NCBI GenBank assembly: GCA_963715985.1
Contig: CAVQSP010000013.1
Coordinates: forward strand, 256,001 to 320,000
DNA length: 64,000 nt
Reading direction: 5' to 3'
Source of the DNA: an uncultured Thermoleophilia bacterium
GTDB taxonomy: Bacteria > Actinomycetota > Thermoleophilia > UBA2241
The position numbers and the translations under genes are program-made. This document shows, in pieces, positions 62,332-64,000 of this stretch; within the stretch, counting starts at the first letter, position 1; each line of letters opens with the position of its first letter. The notes below the pieces were generated by a model. The model was not told where the DNA came from, searched no databases, and saw only the letters and a list, made by a program, of their open reading frames with translations.

Positions 62332-63291
62332 TCAGGGCACCAGCACCAGCCTGCCGAGCGCCGGCCGCTCCATGATGTGGCGGTGCGCGCGGGCCGCCTC
62401 GGCCAAGGGCATTTCGCGGCCCACGACAGGCCGCAGGGTGCCGTCGCGCAGGCCGGCGGCGATGGCCGCGTGCGCCTCCGCGGTCTCCTCCGCGTCGGCG
62501 AGCGAGGCCATCACCCCGAGTGCGGCTCCTTCGACGTTCATCAGGTCCCGGGGGTTGACCTCCACGGTGCCGCGGTTGCCGACGATCATCACGCGCCCGT
62601 TCTGCGCCAGCGCCGTGAAGTCGTCGCCGAGGTTCACGTTGGCGAGCAGCTCGACGATCATGTCGAAGCCGTGCCCCCCGCTGCGGTCGAAGCCTTGCTC
62701 CAGGTGCGCGGGGTCGTGGTGGTCCAGGGTCGCCACGTCGCCTTGCGCGGCGACCAGCTCTCGCCCGGCCTCGCTGCCCGCCGTGCCGAACACCTGCATG
62801 CCGGCGGCCAGCGCGAACTGCACGGTGGCGAGACCCACGGCTCCGCTGGCGCCGTGTACGAGCACCTTCTCACCGCGCTGCGCGTGGCCGCGCTGGAACA
62901 GGGTGCGGTACGCGGTCGCGTACGGCACGCCCAGCGCCGCTCCCTGGGCGAACGTGAGCGTGTCCGGAAGCGCGTGCACGTCCTCGGCGCGGCAGAGCGC
63001 GAACTCCGCGTAGGTACCGCTGAGCGAGTCGGTCACGAACACGCGGGAGCCGGCTGCGACGCTGACGCCGGCGCCGGCCGAGGCCACCACACCGGCGCCG
63101 TCCACCCCGGGCGTATAAGGCAGCGCCGGCAGCGCGCGGTAGTTGCCGGCGCGCACGTACGTCTCGTACGGGTTCACGCCTGCGGCCTGCACGCGCACCA
63201 GCACCTCGCCCTCCACCGGCGCGGGCGCGGGCAGCTCCTCGAGGCTGAGCACTTCAGGGTCGCCGAACTCGTGCACGCGGATGGCTCGCAT
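62332..63291 (-). CDS. NADPH:quinone reductase (zeta-crystallin/MDR family)
   Basis: MRAIRVHEFGDPEVL, AGVNP, YTPG.DGAG, VHGASGAVG. Confidence 0.92.
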   Translation of the reverse strand: MRAIRVHEFGDPEVLSLEELPAPAPVEGEVLVRVQAAGVNPYETYVRAGNYRALPALPYTPGVDGAGVVASAGAGVSVAAGSRVFVTDSLSGTYAEFALCRAEDVHALPDTLTFAQGAALGVPYATAYRTLFQRGHAQRGEKVLVHGASGAVGLATVQFALAAGMQVFGTAGSEAGRELVAAQGDVATLDHHDPAHLEQGFDRSGGHGFDMIVELLANVNLGDDFTALAQNGRVMIVGNRGTVEVNPRDLMNVEGAALGVMASLADAEETAEAHAAIAAGLRDGTLRPVVGREMPLAEAARAHRHIMERPALGRLVLVP

Positions 63292-63430
63292 GGTCTTCCT
63301 CCGGTGAGGCTTCGGGACCACGCCATGGTACCGGGCGCCGCGGTGCCGGTCGAGGGTGTACGCACGAGGGCGGCGGGGGCGCTCCCGCGCCCCCGCCGCC
63401 CTCAGTCTCCAGCGGCCGGCACGGCTCGGC

Positions 63431-64000
63431 TCAGGGCACCGTGTAAGTGAGTCCGTCGGCGATGTAGCCGGTGAGCTGGTACCCGGCGCCGCCGTTGAGC
63501 TGCTGGTACGTGTAGTCGCCGGGCGACGTGCCGGGCTTCATCGGCTGCCCGGTATACGGGTTGGTCGGCCAGGGGTCGACGTAGGAGGCGATGCCGCCGG
63601 TCTGCGTGACGTCGCCGGGCTCCGGATAGAGGTTGTTGTTGTTGGTGGCCCACGTGATCACACCCACCTGGAGCTTCTGGATACCTGCTACGACCTGCTG
63701 GTCAGCGGCGGTCTGCGACGGGCTGGGGCTGACCGTGGGCGACGAGGAGGGCGAAGCCGTCGGCGAGGAGGACGGCGACGGCGACGCGGTCGGAGTGACC
63801 GGCACCAGCGCCGGCACGCGCTCGAGCGGCACGATGATCGTGGTCCCGTTGGACCCGGTCACGCTCATGGACAGGAGGTCGGCGGTGGAGCCGGGCGTCA
63901 GCCGGACGGCGTACGGGCCGGGGAGCCCCGCGACCGCTTCTTCAGTCTGGAGGTCGAAGGTCAGCTCCTTGCCCTCCTCGGCGGCGGTCGCCGAGCCGAG
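63431..64000 (-). CDS. 3' part of a protein with an S/T/P linker and a C-terminal pilin/GspG-like WPxNPYT domain (starts beyond the window)
   Basis: PTASPSPSSSPT linker; ADQQVVAGIQKLQ...LYP...WPTNPYTGQPM..GDYTY. Confidence 0.75.
   Translation of the reverse strand, partial: LGSATAAEEGKELTFDLQTEEAVAGLPGPYAVRLTPGSTADLLSMSVTGSNGTTIIVPLERVPALVPVTPTASPSPSSSPTASPSSSPTVSPSPSQTAADQQVVAGIQKLQVGVITWATNNNNLYPEPGDVTQTGGIASYVDPWPTNPYTGQPMKPGTSPGDYTYQQLNGGAGYQLTGYIADGLTYTVP

Overview
Very GC-rich bacterial chromosome segment. Gene content (DUF2252/DUF1269/TMEM175 block, L,D-transpeptidase, TANNNT promoters, rubredoxin) suggests an anaerobic actinobacterium, possibly Thermoleophilia-like; this taxonomy is inferred, not shown. 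The window holds a split purine cluster (purS-Q-L-F and purM-pfkB-purN-EhaR-like HAD), hicBA, ddl, larB, a partial diacetamido-uronic-acid sugar pathway, an ECF sigma/anti-sigma locus and many amine-metabolism genes. Main result: two methylamine methyltransferase genes, mttB (50672-52141) and mtbB (56515-57900), each carry an in-frame TAG at the conserved pyrrolysine position. TAG is still used as an ordinary stop in at least eight genes, including mtbB itself. Both amber codons are followed by a GTGAC...GTCAC stem built from rare synonymous codons. No pyl genes, tRNA-Pyl or corrinoid partner were recognised in the window. Second result: three secreted genes carry four copies of a pilin/GspG-like 'WPxNP(W/Y)T' domain with no pilin N-terminus. 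About ten isolated single-indel frameshifts (one in ddl) plus a dense cluster at 52.2-54.9 kb most likely reflect long-read consensus errors.
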